DNA of 64,000 nucleotides from an uncultured Clostridia bacterium (GTDB lineage Bacteria > Bacillota > Clostridia > TANB77 > CAG-465). Shown here piece after piece: positions 42,526 through 52,825 of the stretch (its first letter is position 1; each line of letters starts with the position of its first letter). Both the position numbers and the translations under genes were made by a program. The notes under the pieces are model-generated. The model did no database searches and was not told the origin of the DNA. It saw nothing but the letters and a program-made list of their open reading frames with translations. The DNA is taken from positions 13,938 to 77,937 of the forward strand of contig CALXJE010000040.1 of NCBI GenBank assembly GCA_944388545.1, in the 5' to 3' direction.

Positions 42526-43587
42526 TTATGATGCTGTTGTAGTAGTTTGTAAAGATTCTGCTATTTTATCTATTTTTTTATCTTTAGCTTCTATTTTAGC
42601 ACCTTTTTGCCAACTAGCAAGAAGTTCATTTACATAGTTATCAGCTGCATCTTCACCATTTATCCTAGCATTCTCTTCTATTGAATTAACAGTAATTATA
42701 AAATAACCATATTCTTCAGATTCAACTAGAGTTTGAGTAGTCTCCCCTGCTTTTAATCCTCTTACCGCTTCTTCAAATGACTCAACTGATGTTCCATTTA
42801 AATATACAGAATATTCTGCACCATACTGTATATTTGTAGAATCAGCTGCTGAAACCTCTTCACCTACAGTAGCAAATCCTTCTCCTTTTTTAATTCTATC
42901 TAATGTAGCTTGTGCATTTTCTTTTACCTTCTCTAAATCGCCATCTTCACCTTGGTTTGAATATAGAATATAGCTTGTGTTATATTTATTATAGTTTGCT
43001 TTTTCGCCTTCATTTTCATCTATAAATGCTTTTATCGTTTCTTCTGTAGCTTCATTTGTAAGTTTTTCAATATATGTATTAATTAAAGCATCATCATAAT
43101 ATATTTGTTTCATTCTCTCTGGATCTATTCCTTGTTCTACATAAGTTGCTACTTCTTCCTCATCTTCAAATAAATCATCTATTTCTTTTTTATCTTCATC
43201 TGAGATTTTTACACCGTCTTTATTTGCTTTTTCTAAAACAACTTTATCAATAACAACTTTATTTAATACTTCTGTCTTTATTGATTCTTCATCATATCCA
43301 TAATATGTAAGCATTGGTTCAAATAATTTATAATAAATTTCATATTCTCCCCTTGTAACTTTTCCACCTTCATAAGTTGCAACTACTTGATTTTTTATAC
43401 CAAAGAAGTAATAGAATATTAATGCTGCGCATATTATTATCATTCCTGCAACAATACCTATAATTATTTTTACATCACTTCCTGCTTTGGCAACCTTTGG
43501 CTCTTTTACTTTTTTCTGTTTAGATGCTTTAACTTCTACTGCATCTTCTTCTGGTTTAATCATATCTTCCACGTTATTTTTCTTCAT
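42526..43587 (-). CDS. Membrane-anchored SurA-N/parvulin-type peptidyl-prolyl isomerase-like protein
   Basis: N-terminal TM. C-terminal block FATVGEEVSAADS...YGYFIITV resembles the PpiC/parvulin domain. Confidence 0.55.
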   Translation of the reverse strand: MKKNNVEDMIKPEEDAVEVKASKQKKVKEPKVAKAGSDVKIIIGIVAGMIIICAALIFYYFFGIKNQVVATYEGGKVTRGEYEIYYKLFEPMLTYYGYDEESIKTEVLNKVVIDKVVLEKANKDGVKISDEDKKEIDDLFEDEEEVATYVEQGIDPERMKQIYYDDALINTYIEKLTNEATEETIKAFIDENEGEKANYNKYNTSYILYSNQGEDGDLEKVKENAQATLDRIKKGEGFATVGEEVSAADSTNIQYGAEYSVYLNGTSVESFEEAVRGLKAGETTQTLVESEEYGYFIITVNSIEENARINGEDAADNYVNELLASWQKGAKIEAKDKKIDKIAESLQTTTTAS

Positions 43588-43588
43588 T

Positions 43589-46500
43589 TTAAATCTTCCC
43601 CTCTTCCATATTTAAGCTTCGACTTTTTAGCATATCTTTTAAAGTCGTTTTAATAGTTAGCAATATATCATGTTTTTCACCCTTTGTCAACCTGAATTTT
43701 AAGTTATATGGCAATATCACAAAATGTTCACATTTAGATTTCATTTCTGTTATTTTAAGCTCTCTACATATGTTTCTTATTTCAATAATAGAAATTAAAT
43801 TTTCTACTTCTTTTGGCATATTTCCAAATCTATCTATTAATTCTAAAGTTACATTTCTCAATTGTTCTTCATTATTGGCATTGGATAATTTTTGATACAT
43901 TTCAATTTTAATCGAAGAATTTGATATATATTTATCAGGAATATTAGCCGATACATCAATAGATATTTTTACATCATTAGTTAAATAATCCGATTCATTT
44001 AAATTACCAGCTTTATTACTATTAAGTGCTTCTTTTTCTTCGTTAATAGCTCTTTCTAGCATAGCAGAGTACATTTCATATCCTATATCAGCTATATGTC
44101 CATGTTGTTCTGCTCCAAGTAAATTCCCAGCTCCTCTTATTTCCAAATCTCTTAATGCGATTTTTAATCCACTTCCAAATTCTGTATAATCTTTAATTGC
44201 TACAAGTCTTTTTTCTGCATCCTCTGATATTGTCTTTTTCTTATTGTATGTAATATATGCATAAGCAAGTCTACTTGATCTTCCAACTCTTCCTCTTATT
44301 TGATAAAGCTGAGCAAGTCCTAATTTATCTGCGTTTTCTACAATTATAGTATTAGCATTAGGTATATCTATTCCTGATTCTAATATAGTAGTACAAACTA
44401 AAACATCTATATCCCTATCCATAAATCTTAACATTATATCTTCAACTTGCTTAGACGACATTTGACCATGTGCATATTCAACCTTTGCATAAGGAACTAA
44501 TCTACGTACTTTATCTGTTATCTCATCTATATTATCAACCCTATTATTAAGATAAAACACCTGACCGTCTCTATCTAATTCTTTTTCTATTGCTTGTTTT
44601 ACCACAGTTTCATCATAGCCCAAAACATAGGTATGAACAGGCATTCTTTCCAATGGAGGCTCTAATATTGCAGATACATCCCTAATTCCTATCATAGACA
44701 TATGAAGCGTTCTTGGTATAGGTGTTGCTGTCATAGAAAGTACATCTACACCCGTTCTGTATTTTTTAATTGCTTCTTTATGCTCTACACCAAATCTATG
44801 TTCCTCATCAATTATTAAAAAACCTAGATCTTTAAATTTAACATCTTTTGACAGTAATCTATGCGTGCCAACTACAACATCAATACTCCCTAATTCTAAA
44901 CCTAAAAGTATTTCTTTTTGTTCTTTTGCAGATTTGAATCTACTTAGCATCTCTACTCTTATTCCATAATCTTCCATACGATGTTTAAATACATTATATT
45001 GCTGAAGGCACAAAACTGTTGTTGGTACTAAGTATGCAACTTGTTTTCCACCCATAACAGCTTTAAACGCACCCCTAATTGCAACTTCTGTCTTACCATA
45101 TCCAACATCGCCACATAAAAGTCTATCCATGGGTTTAGAAGATTCCATATCTTTTTTCATTTCTTCAATACATCTTTTTTGATCGTCTGTTAATTCATAC
45201 TCAAAATCAGATTCAAATTCATTTTGCCATGGAGTATCTACAGGAAAAGCATAACCTACTGCTTGCTCTCTTTTTGCATATAATTTTATTAAATCTTTGG
45301 CAATATCTTTTATGTGTTTTCCTACTCTATATTTGGTTCTTTCCCATTCCTTAGTACCTAATTTATTTACTTTAGGAGTAAAACCATCATCACATACATA
45401 TTTTTTAATATATTCTAAAGATGTAACAGGAACATATAAAATACCTCCATCTTTATACTCAATCTTTATATAATCTTTTACTATTCCGTATGTTTCAACT
45501 GTCTCTACTCCTAAATATTTACCAATTCCATAAGTTTGATGCACGACAAAGTCTCCTACATTTAAATCATTGTAGGAGTTTAACATTTCACCTAAAAAGT
45601 CTTTAGATTTCTTTTTATTGTTTTTTAAGTTAGTTCCTGATATATCTTCTGCAAGCAATACAATATTCATATCTTCATATATAAATCCAGATGAAACTAT
45701 TCCATTTAACATATATGCATACATTCTATCGTTTGAATCTATTTCATCTAATGAATATACTTGTTTTACTCTTATACCATTATCTATTAATGCATTTTTT
45801 ATAGTTTCTACTTTTTTTAAAGTAGAAAAAACCAATACAACTAAATTTTCTCCATTTAAATATCTTTTAACCTCGTTAATTTGTACATCCATTGAGCTAC
45901 GAAAAAAGTTTACCTCCCTACAGCTAAAGCTGTACTCTTTTCTCTTCGCATGCAAATTTCTATCTTTGTTTATTCTATCTAAATAAACTGTAAGTAGATT
46001 GTTATATTTTAATTCTATATCTTCAAAGTTCATGTATCTAAAAGCATATTTTGGATGTACTTGTTCTTTCTCTATCATTATCTTTAGAGATTCATCGTTC
46101 TCTTGAATTATGGCTTTTGATCTTTCTAAACATCTTGTAATCTCATCAAAGTATATTACTCTATCTTCCAAATAGTCTAGCAGTGTAGCTCCTTCGTTTA
46201 CAATAAGTTCAAAATATTTATATATACATTTATCAAATCCGTTTTCTTCTATTTTTTCTATATCTTCTTTTATTTTGTCTTTTAAATTATTACTTAAACT
46301 ATCTTTATTAATTTCTTTTCTTAAACTATCTAAAACATACTGTTTTTTTTCTTCAGGAATTATATATTCATTAGAAAAAGTAATTTCAAATCCTTCAATA
46401 TTTTCATTACTTTTTTGAGTATCTACGTCAAAAATCCTTATACTATCTATTTCATCTCCAAAAAGTTCTATTCTATATGGCATATTACTATTGATAGGAT

Positions 46501-47047
46501 ATATATCTATTAAACCGCCTCTTACCGCAAACTGTCCTTTACCTTCAACTATATCATGTTTTGAATAGCCAAGATTAATTAAATTTAGTATTATATCATC
46601 TAAAGATACTTCGCTTTGAACTTTAAACCTGATAGTTTTATTTTTATATGTTTCTTTAGGAAGCATTTTTTGCATAACTGCTTCTATTACTGTAACTATT
46701 ATACACGGTTTATTCTCCAGTATTTTATTAATAGCATAAACCCTTGCATTTTCTATCTCTCTACTTTCTATATCAGAATCATAATATATTATTTCTCTTG
46801 CTGGAAAATATATTATTTCTGTGCTACTATAAAATTTAAGGTCTTGTATTAACTTTTTAGCTGTTGATACATTGGGACAAACTATTACTGGCAATTTGTT
46901 TGAATAATTATATAAGCTATATATCATGTGAGCTTTTTGACTATCTATAAGTCCAATTATACTTAATTTTTCTTCTTTACTTTCTATATCTTTTACTAAC
47001 TTGTTAAATTTACTAAATTTAATAGGTTCTTCTATAAGTACATTCAT
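43589..47047 (-). CDS. mfd: Transcription-repair coupling factor
   Basis: 1152 aa. UvrB-homology N-terminus. Superfamily-2 helicase motifs (LLCGDVGYGKTEVA, DEEHRFG). TRG motif and C-terminal domain. Confidence 0.95.
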   Translation of the reverse strand: MNVLIEEPIKFSKFNKLVKDIESKEEKLSIIGLIDSQKAHMIYSLYNYSNKLPVIVCPNVSTAKKLIQDLKFYSSTEIIYFPAREIIYYDSDIESREIENARVYAINKILENKPCIIVTVIEAVMQKMLPKETYKNKTIRFKVQSEVSLDDIILNLINLGYSKHDIVEGKGQFAVRGGLIDIYPINSNMPYRIELFGDEIDSIRIFDVDTQKSNENIEGFEITFSNEYIIPEEKKQYVLDSLRKEINKDSLSNNLKDKIKEDIEKIEENGFDKCIYKYFELIVNEGATLLDYLEDRVIYFDEITRCLERSKAIIQENDESLKIMIEKEQVHPKYAFRYMNFEDIELKYNNLLTVYLDRINKDRNLHAKRKEYSFSCREVNFFRSSMDVQINEVKRYLNGENLVVLVFSTLKKVETIKNALIDNGIRVKQVYSLDEIDSNDRMYAYMLNGIVSSGFIYEDMNIVLLAEDISGTNLKNNKKKSKDFLGEMLNSYNDLNVGDFVVHQTYGIGKYLGVETVETYGIVKDYIKIEYKDGGILYVPVTSLEYIKKYVCDDGFTPKVNKLGTKEWERTKYRVGKHIKDIAKDLIKLYAKREQAVGYAFPVDTPWQNEFESDFEYELTDDQKRCIEEMKKDMESSKPMDRLLCGDVGYGKTEVAIRGAFKAVMGGKQVAYLVPTTVLCLQQYNVFKHRMEDYGIRVEMLSRFKSAKEQKEILLGLELGSIDVVVGTHRLLSKDVKFKDLGFLIIDEEHRFGVEHKEAIKKYRTGVDVLSMTATPIPRTLHMSMIGIRDVSAILEPPLERMPVHTYVLGYDETVVKQAIEKELDRDGQVFYLNNRVDNIDEITDKVRRLVPYAKVEYAHGQMSSKQVEDIMLRFMDRDIDVLVCTTILESGIDIPNANTIIVENADKLGLAQLYQIRGRVGRSSRLAYAYITYNKKKTISEDAEKRLVAIKDYTEFGSGLKIALRDLEIRGAGNLLGAEQHGHIADIGYEMYSAMLERAINEEKEALNSNKAGNLNESDYLTNDVKISIDVSANIPDKYISNSSIKIEMYQKLSNANNEEQLRNVTLELIDRFGNMPKEVENLISIIEIRNICRELKITEMKSKCEHFVILPYNLKFRLTKGEKHDILLTIKTTLKDMLKSRSLNMEEGKI

Positions 47048-47057
47048 TTCTATCTCC

Positions 47058-47732
47058 TTATTTGTATAATATCTTTACTCTCTTTATATTATATTTTATA
47101 TCTCTATTTATATATTCTATATATCCTGACATTATATATTCTGGATTAAGATTTCTTTCTTTTTTAGTATACACTGTTATTCTAAGTCTATTATCTATAA
47201 GAAAGGTATATTCTAATATGTCCGGTTTAATATCTATTCTTTCTTGCCTATATGGTGTTTTTTTTAATACTAATATAGCAGATTCTTCTAAGTATTCTTC
47301 AAACATACTTCTATACCATTCTTTTATATCTTCTATTTGTTTTTTATTCATTTCATAAAACATATTATCATCATATACAAGCTCTATTTCGTAAGTAGAT
47401 GCATATACTCTTTTATTTATTTCCTCTTTCATATCAACATATTGAGCTCCTAGTATTATCATGCCAACAGGAAGTGTTTTATTTATTTCTCTTACTAAAT
47501 ATGCTACATCTATATGTTCTTTTATAACAACATCACATATTTCCCCATTACTTTCAATTCCAATAGGAAGAGTACTAGCATTTACTATTTCCGGTTTAAC
47601 ATTTCTACTTTTACTATATACTAATTTTGCCCCTATTCTTATAAGAGCTTTTGATATAACATCACATATATCTATTGAAGGTATATATATAGATGATTTT
47701 GACTTCATATATGTAAGTCTTAATTTATACAA
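47058..47732 (-). CDS. TIGR03936/DUF2344-family (radical-SAM-linked) protein
   Basis: KLRLTYMKSKSSIYIPSIDICDVISKALIRIGAKLVYSKSRNVKPEIVNASTLPIGIESNGEICDV matches the DUF2344 N-terminal pattern (RxRFxK.G.xRFISHLD...RAL.RAGLP.AYS.GF.P.P.I.F...LP.G.ES..E..D). Confidence 0.5.
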   Translation of the reverse strand: MYKLRLTYMKSKSSIYIPSIDICDVISKALIRIGAKLVYSKSRNVKPEIVNASTLPIGIESNGEICDVVIKEHIDVAYLVREINKTLPVGMIILGAQYVDMKEEINKRVYASTYEIELVYDDNMFYEMNKKQIEDIKEWYRSMFEEYLEESAILVLKKTPYRQERIDIKPDILEYTFLIDNRLRITVYTKKERNLNPEYIMSGYIEYINRDIKYNIKRVKILYK

Positions 47733-47860
47733 ACTAGCATTCCTCCTTCCTAATTAATCTAATATATTATACCATAAATATACACTATATTAAAAGAAAA
47801 TTAAGAAAAATTTATCTAAAATATATATGTAAACTTATTAATTATATAATATTTTATAGT

Positions 47861-47888
47861 AAAAAATAAAGACGGATTTCTCCGCCTT
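47861..47888 (-). terminator. Intrinsic terminator downstream of the surface-protein gene
   Basis: Minus strand GGCGGAGAAATCCGTC followed by TTTATTTTTT. Confidence 0.5.
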
Positions 47889-47904
47889 ATATACAGTTTA
47901 TTTT

Positions 47905-49512
47905 TTATTTATTAACAAATTTTGTTTTAAGTACATATCCAAATCCTAATAATGCAACTACCCCAAGAACTATTACCATATACATTGTAAAGTCAGATGT
48001 ATTTGGATTTTCTGTATTATTTACTGATGATATATTTTCTGCTGATAATATATATGTAGATGCATGATCTAATTCAATTGTTGCTACATTATTTTCATCA
48101 ACTACAATATCATCTGCAACTAATTCAATTTTATCATTATTTGGATTATAGTAATATAGATATAATTTATCTCCTACTTTAAATTCACTTCCTGTTTTAA
48201 ATGATATTTTTGTATCTTTAGGAAGTACTCCTTCATACTCTAAATCAACAAATAACAAATCTGATTTAACGCTATTTAATAAATTACTGTTAAATGGTTG
48301 CTCTTTTACAACATCAACATTTAAGCTTAAATCTTTACTAGCGCTGTCTGTTATATTTTTTGTATTAAAACTTATTGTTACGGTTTCTGTATTAATAACA
48401 ATTTCTCTTGCTGGTCCGTTTTTTAATTCGTTTAATACTTCTGCACTTATTACATCATTTTCTTTAACCTCAATATTAATTATAGTAGAACCATTTGATA
48501 TTTCTTCTTTTATTTGATTATCTGCAGTATCTAAAGTGTTTTTTGCATCTAAATAATATTGTGTTTGTAAATGATCTCCTTTATCAACTTCAATATTTTT
48601 CTTAAAGCCAGCATACTCTACTACAACATTATCCATCTTAGGATCTATCCATAATGTTGGTTTTAAGTATTCTTCTGTGCTATTTACTAAAGTCGCTCCA
48701 CTTAAGTTTATAACAGGATTGCTTCCTGAAAGTTCAATTCCTCCAAAGCCATTGTTTGAAACATCTATTTTACCTTTTAATGTAGCATTTCCTCCATTAA
48801 CTAATAGACCAGCATTAGCACCTGATAGAGTTATATCATTAATAGTTACATTTGATCTATATACCTGTAATACATAGTGTCCTCCCCATGTAGTTTTATC
48901 TGCTAAATTCATAGTTAATTTGTGAGCATTACCATTTATAGTAACATCTCTAGTAATATTTATTTTTGCAGATGTAGTAAAATCTTTTACTATATTTATT
49001 GTTTTAACGTTGTTATCATTTAACGCTGCATTAAATTCTGACTCAGTTGATACATCTCTTACACTTTTATCTATAACTTTAATATTTAGAGTGTTTTCAG
49101 CAATTGTTTTGCCATCACTTACTCCAACTACTTTATAAGTAGCAGAATATTCTCCTTCCTTTTTAAATGTTACTCTAAATTTAGCAGATGTATTTTGAAG
49201 TTTAAATCCTTCTGAACTACCAAAGTTTCCATCGGCCGGTAATTCATACCAATTTCCATCTTTTACTTCATAGTATTCAATTTTTTCTATAGCACTTGGA
49301 TCACTAAGTCCTCCTGTTCCACGTACCATTACATCACCATATCCTTCAGGAACTTCAGTAGATATAGTAAATTCTTGTGACTCACCAACATAAAAATCTC
49401 CACCTGTATTCATGCTTATAGTAGGTTTTTCTACTGCATTAATACTAACAAATGGCATTACTGCTATTGCCACAATTAAAAAACTTAGCATAAACTTTAA
49501 ACTTTTTTTCAT
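47905..49512 (-). CDS. Cell-wall-anchored surface protein with NPNTS sorting signal (candidate sortase B substrate)
   Basis: Signal peptide MKKSLKFMLSFLIVAIAVMPFVSINA. C-terminus NPNTS + 21 hydrophobic residues + KTKFVNK. Middle region Gly/Asn-rich, beta-helix-like. Confidence 0.65.
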   Translation of the reverse strand: MKKSLKFMLSFLIVAIAVMPFVSINAVEKPTISMNTGGDFYVGESQEFTISTEVPEGYGDVMVRGTGGLSDPSAIEKIEYYEVKDGNWYELPADGNFGSSEGFKLQNTSAKFRVTFKKEGEYSATYKVVGVSDGKTIAENTLNIKVIDKSVRDVSTESEFNAALNDNNVKTINIVKDFTTSAKINITRDVTINGNAHKLTMNLADKTTWGGHYVLQVYRSNVTINDITLSGANAGLLVNGGNATLKGKIDVSNNGFGGIELSGSNPVINLSGATLVNSTEEYLKPTLWIDPKMDNVVVEYAGFKKNIEVDKGDHLQTQYYLDAKNTLDTADNQIKEEISNGSTIINIEVKENDVISAEVLNELKNGPAREIVINTETVTISFNTKNITDSASKDLSLNVDVVKEQPFNSNLLNSVKSDLLFVDLEYEGVLPKDTKISFKTGSEFKVGDKLYLYYYNPNNDKIELVADDIVVDENNVATIELDHASTYILSAENISSVNNTENPNTSDFTMYMVIVLGVVALLGFGYVLKTKFVNK

Positions 49513-49754
49513 AATATTCCTCCTATTTTCTAAATGAACACTAAATTCATATGTATATTATATACCATTTAATATCTTTGTAAACAATTTAATAATTAAA
49601 TATAACTATATACATATTTTGTAATAATAATGTAATATTTTAGATTTATTTTTTAATATTATTTGCTTTTTTATCTAATAATATTTACAATTTAATTTGT
49701 TATTTACAAAAAAATAGTTTATAATTATATTGATTATTTCAGGAGGTATATAAA

Positions 49755-50633
49755 TTGATACAAGAAACAGATCAGATGCAACCTACTCGAAGAAGAAAAG
49801 GAAATGTTAAATTAAACAAATCTAAAAAAAAGAAAAAATTAGCAGTTTTTATACTCATAATATCTCTTATTGCTGCAATTTTCTCTATTCTACTTGCTAT
49901 AAAATGGATATATGATAACAATAAATCACAAGAAATTTCCGAAGAAATAAATGAAATCACTGATGTTACTGAGGTTACTGATGAATCTAATGTCGAACTA
50001 ATAAATCCACCTGATAATAAATCTAATGATTATTGGGATTTTATAAAAGTTCCTTTAATTAATGTAGACTTTTCAGAATTAATAAAAAGAAATAAAGATA
50101 CAGTCGGATGGATAAATGTAAATAATACAAATATAAACTACCCTGTTGTTCAAACAACGAATAATGAAGATTATCTAGATACAGCCTTTGATGGTTCTAA
50201 AAATCAAGCTGGATGGATATTTGCAGATTATAGAAACGATATGAAAAACTTAGACAAAAACACTGTTATATATGGGCATAGTAGATTAAACAAAACCATG
50301 TTTGGTGATTTATTTAATGTACTAAATAAAAGCTGGTATGAGAATAAATATAATAGAATTATTAGACTTTCTACTCCTACTGAAAATACCATGTGGCAAG
50401 TCTTCTCAATTTACACAATTAATCCTGAAACATATTATATTACCACTCATTTTAGTAACGATAATAGCTACACCAAGTTTTTAAATACTATTAAGGATAG
50501 AAGTAACTATAATTTTAATGTATCTTTAAGTAGTAAAGACAAAATAATAACTCTATCTACATGTAGTAATGCAGCAGGTACGGGCAGAATTGTATTGCAT
50601 GCAAAATTGATAAAAAGAGAGGCTAGATTTTAA
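49755..50633 (+). CDS. srtB: Class B sortase
   Basis: N-terminal TM. Catalytic His (IYGHSRLNKTMF), TLSTC cysteine motif, conserved Arg. RBS AGGAGG plus TTG/ATG start. Confidence 0.8.
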   Translation: MIQETDQMQPTRRRKGNVKLNKSKKKKKLAVFILIISLIAAIFSILLAIKWIYDNNKSQEISEEINEITDVTEVTDESNVELINPPDNKSNDYWDFIKVPLINVDFSELIKRNKDTVGWINVNNTNINYPVVQTTNNEDYLDTAFDGSKNQAGWIFADYRNDMKNLDKNTVIYGHSRLNKTMFGDLFNVLNKSWYENKYNRIIRLSTPTENTMWQVFSIYTINPETYYITTHFSNDNSYTKFLNTIKDRSNYNFNVSLSSKDKIITLSTCSNAAGTGRIVLHAKLIKREARF

Positions 50634-50685
50634 TCTAATCTCATAAATATTATTTTTAATCTAGTTAATTTTTTAATATGACTAC

Positions 50686-51357
50686 TTATAATAAAAAAGA
50701 GGGTGTCCTAAAATAGGAACCCGAAAGCCAGAAAATCCAGCTCGATAAGAGTTGGATTTTTTGGTTTGAAAATTTGATTATATTTTTTAGTAGCAAGATG
50801 GCTTTTACCATCGCTTCTTCTTTTAAATTTTCTATATCTTTCATTAACTCGTGTACTTGCTCTTGAAGTTTTACTCTATATTTTTCTACTGCCTTTTTCC
50901 ATACAAATGTGTACTTATTTGCATTTGCCTCAATTTTCGTTCCATCTACAAAGTATTCTTCTGTGCTTATATATCCCTTCTTTTCTAATACTACAAGCAA
51001 TTCTACAAATACATCTTCCATTATGATTTTCATTTTGTCTTTTCTAAATGAATTAATTACATTTCTTGTTGGCTTATTTCCTCCTGCTAACCATATGAAT
51101 TTTATGTCACATTGTACTGCTTCTGCTATTTGTCTTGATGAGTACTTTTTTCTAATATACCCATACATTAATATTTTTAGCATCATTTTTGGAGAGTATG
51201 AATTACTTCCCAAAGGTGAATATGTTTCTATCAGTTTATCAATATTCATATTATCAATTAAATCATTTATCACAAATACTATATCATCTTTATCTATCAA
51301 TGTTTTCCATTCCATTGGTATCATTAATTGGTTTTGTTCATAATATTTAAATCCCAT
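50686..51357 (-). pseudogene. Truncated transposase (N-terminal half only)
   Basis: MGFKYYEQNQLM...MLKILMYGYIRKKYSSRQIAEAVQCDIKFIWLAGGNKPTRNVINSFRK typical of IS1182/IS5 N-terminal domain. No DDE catalytic half. 224 aa versus over 450 expected. Confidence 0.7.
50694..50760. repeat. Left terminal inverted repeat (67 bp)
   Basis: AAAAAGAGGGTGTCCTAAAATAGGAACCCGAAAGCCAGAAAATCCAGCTCGATAAGAGTTGGATTTT. Confidence 0.9.
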
Positions 51358-51446
51358 TTTTATACCTCCAAAGTCGCTATTTTTCACACCTGAATTATAT
51401 CATTAAAGTATTGATTTGTCAGTATTTAGGACGATTTTTAGCAAAG

Positions 51447-51513
51447 AAAATCCAACTCTTATCGAGCTGGATTTTCTGGCTTTCGGGTTCCTATTTTAGG
51501 ACACCCTCTTTTT
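51447..51513. repeat. Right terminal inverted repeat (67 bp, perfect reverse complement of the left)
   Basis: Direct comparison of the two sequences. 67/67 matches. Confidence 0.9.
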
Positions 51514-51530
51514 ATGATTTTTACACTTAC

Positions 51531-52739
51531 TTAAATTATTAATTCTAGCGGTAACTGATGACTTAAGAACCACAGAGTAGATGCGCTGTAGCAATAAGCA
51601 CCAGACTGAGTCAAAACAACAATATCTCCAATACTTGCATGTTCGATTGGCTCATCCCATGATATTTTATCTTCCGTCATACATAACGGTCCTTCAATAT
51701 CTACAATTTCATTTGAAACTTCGATTTGTTCATTATAAAGTTTGGGAATTTCCATATTTATAACATACACAGGATGTTTTCTATCAGTAGCAATAGGTAG
51801 TCTCATATGATTTACGCCACCAGCGGTTACAATATGCTTCATTCCCTTGCATTCTTTAATATCTACAATTCTTGTAGCATAATAACCTGCACTACCAACA
51901 ATATACTTTCCAAGTTCGAGGATGAATTCTTTTTTTTCAAAAGAATATTTCTCAATAGCAAACTTTAATCCTTCAAAGTATGCTTTAACATCAAAATATC
52001 TGTTTGATTTAGTATAATCTATTCCAAACCCTCCTCCAAAATCAATGACATCAATATTGCCAACTACCTGTTCTGCCTCTTTAACAAACTTAAATACAAA
52101 GTCTATATATTTAAGTAAAATCTGATAATCAAGTACACCATCTGCTGCAAACACGTGAAAACCACACACATTAATATGATCAAGTTTAGAAATAATTTCA
52201 TAGTCTTCATAAAATCTAGACTGATCTATTCCCATTTTTGTTGACATTCCTGCCATATACTCGAAAGCACCATCTAAAAAGTAATTAATATTAACTCTTA
52301 AAAGTACATTTACCTTTTCAATATCTTCTTCTTCAGCAATCGCATTAATGCGAATAGCTTCAACCACAGACTCTACATTAATAAATCTGATTTTTTCTTT
52401 TACAGCTTCATTAAGTTCAACTGTTGTTTTTCCAGGGCCTGTAAAAAGTACTTTAGAAGCACTTTCAAGACCAGCTGCTCTTGCAATGTTCAGTTCTCCA
52501 ATAGATGCAATTTCAACTCCAGTAATTCCACTATTAGCTAAGACATGTCTTAAAATATCTTTATTGGGGTTAGCTTTCATTGCATAATATAAAGAAACAT
52601 TTGCAAGCTTAAAGTTATTGATTTCATTTATTCTGTCTGTGACTTCTTCCAAGTCATAAATATAACATGTAGGATTTGACATTACTTCATGATTTGAAGC
52701 AAATACAGATTTAATATAATCTTCCACTTTTCTTTTCAT
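51531..52739 (-). CDS. Fold-III PLP-dependent decarboxylase (Orn/DAP/Arg decarboxylase family)
   Basis: RBS GGAGG plus MKRKVEDYI. PLP-lysine motif YAMKANPN. GGG and cysteine regions (EGPLCMTED). Confidence 0.75.
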   Translation of the reverse strand: MKRKVEDYIKSVFASNHEVMSNPTCYIYDLEEVTDRINEINNFKLANVSLYYAMKANPNKDILRHVLANSGITGVEIASIGELNIARAAGLESASKVLFTGPGKTTVELNEAVKEKIRFINVESVVEAIRINAIAEEEDIEKVNVLLRVNINYFLDGAFEYMAGMSTKMGIDQSRFYEDYEIISKLDHINVCGFHVFAADGVLDYQILLKYIDFVFKFVKEAEQVVGNIDVIDFGGGFGIDYTKSNRYFDVKAYFEGLKFAIEKYSFEKKEFILELGKYIVGSAGYYATRIVDIKECKGMKHIVTAGGVNHMRLPIATDRKHPVYVINMEIPKLYNEQIEVSNEIVDIEGPLCMTEDKISWDEPIEHASIGDIVVLTQSGAYCYSASTLWFLSHQLPLELII

Positions 52740-52825
52740 AAAAAATGCCTCCATTCTGAAATCAAAAAAGCAGGGTAACATAGTTGTAGCAATTATGCTA
52801 CCCTACTTTTTAACAAGTTACTGAA

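Larger units (their letters stand above)
50694..51513. mobile_element. Internally deleted IS element (IS1182/IS5-like transposase N-terminal fragment) bounded by 67-bp perfect terminal inverted repeats
   Basis: 50694-50760 is the exact reverse complement of 51447-51513. Enclosed ORF encodes only the DUF772-like N-terminal part of a transposase. Confidence 0.8.
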
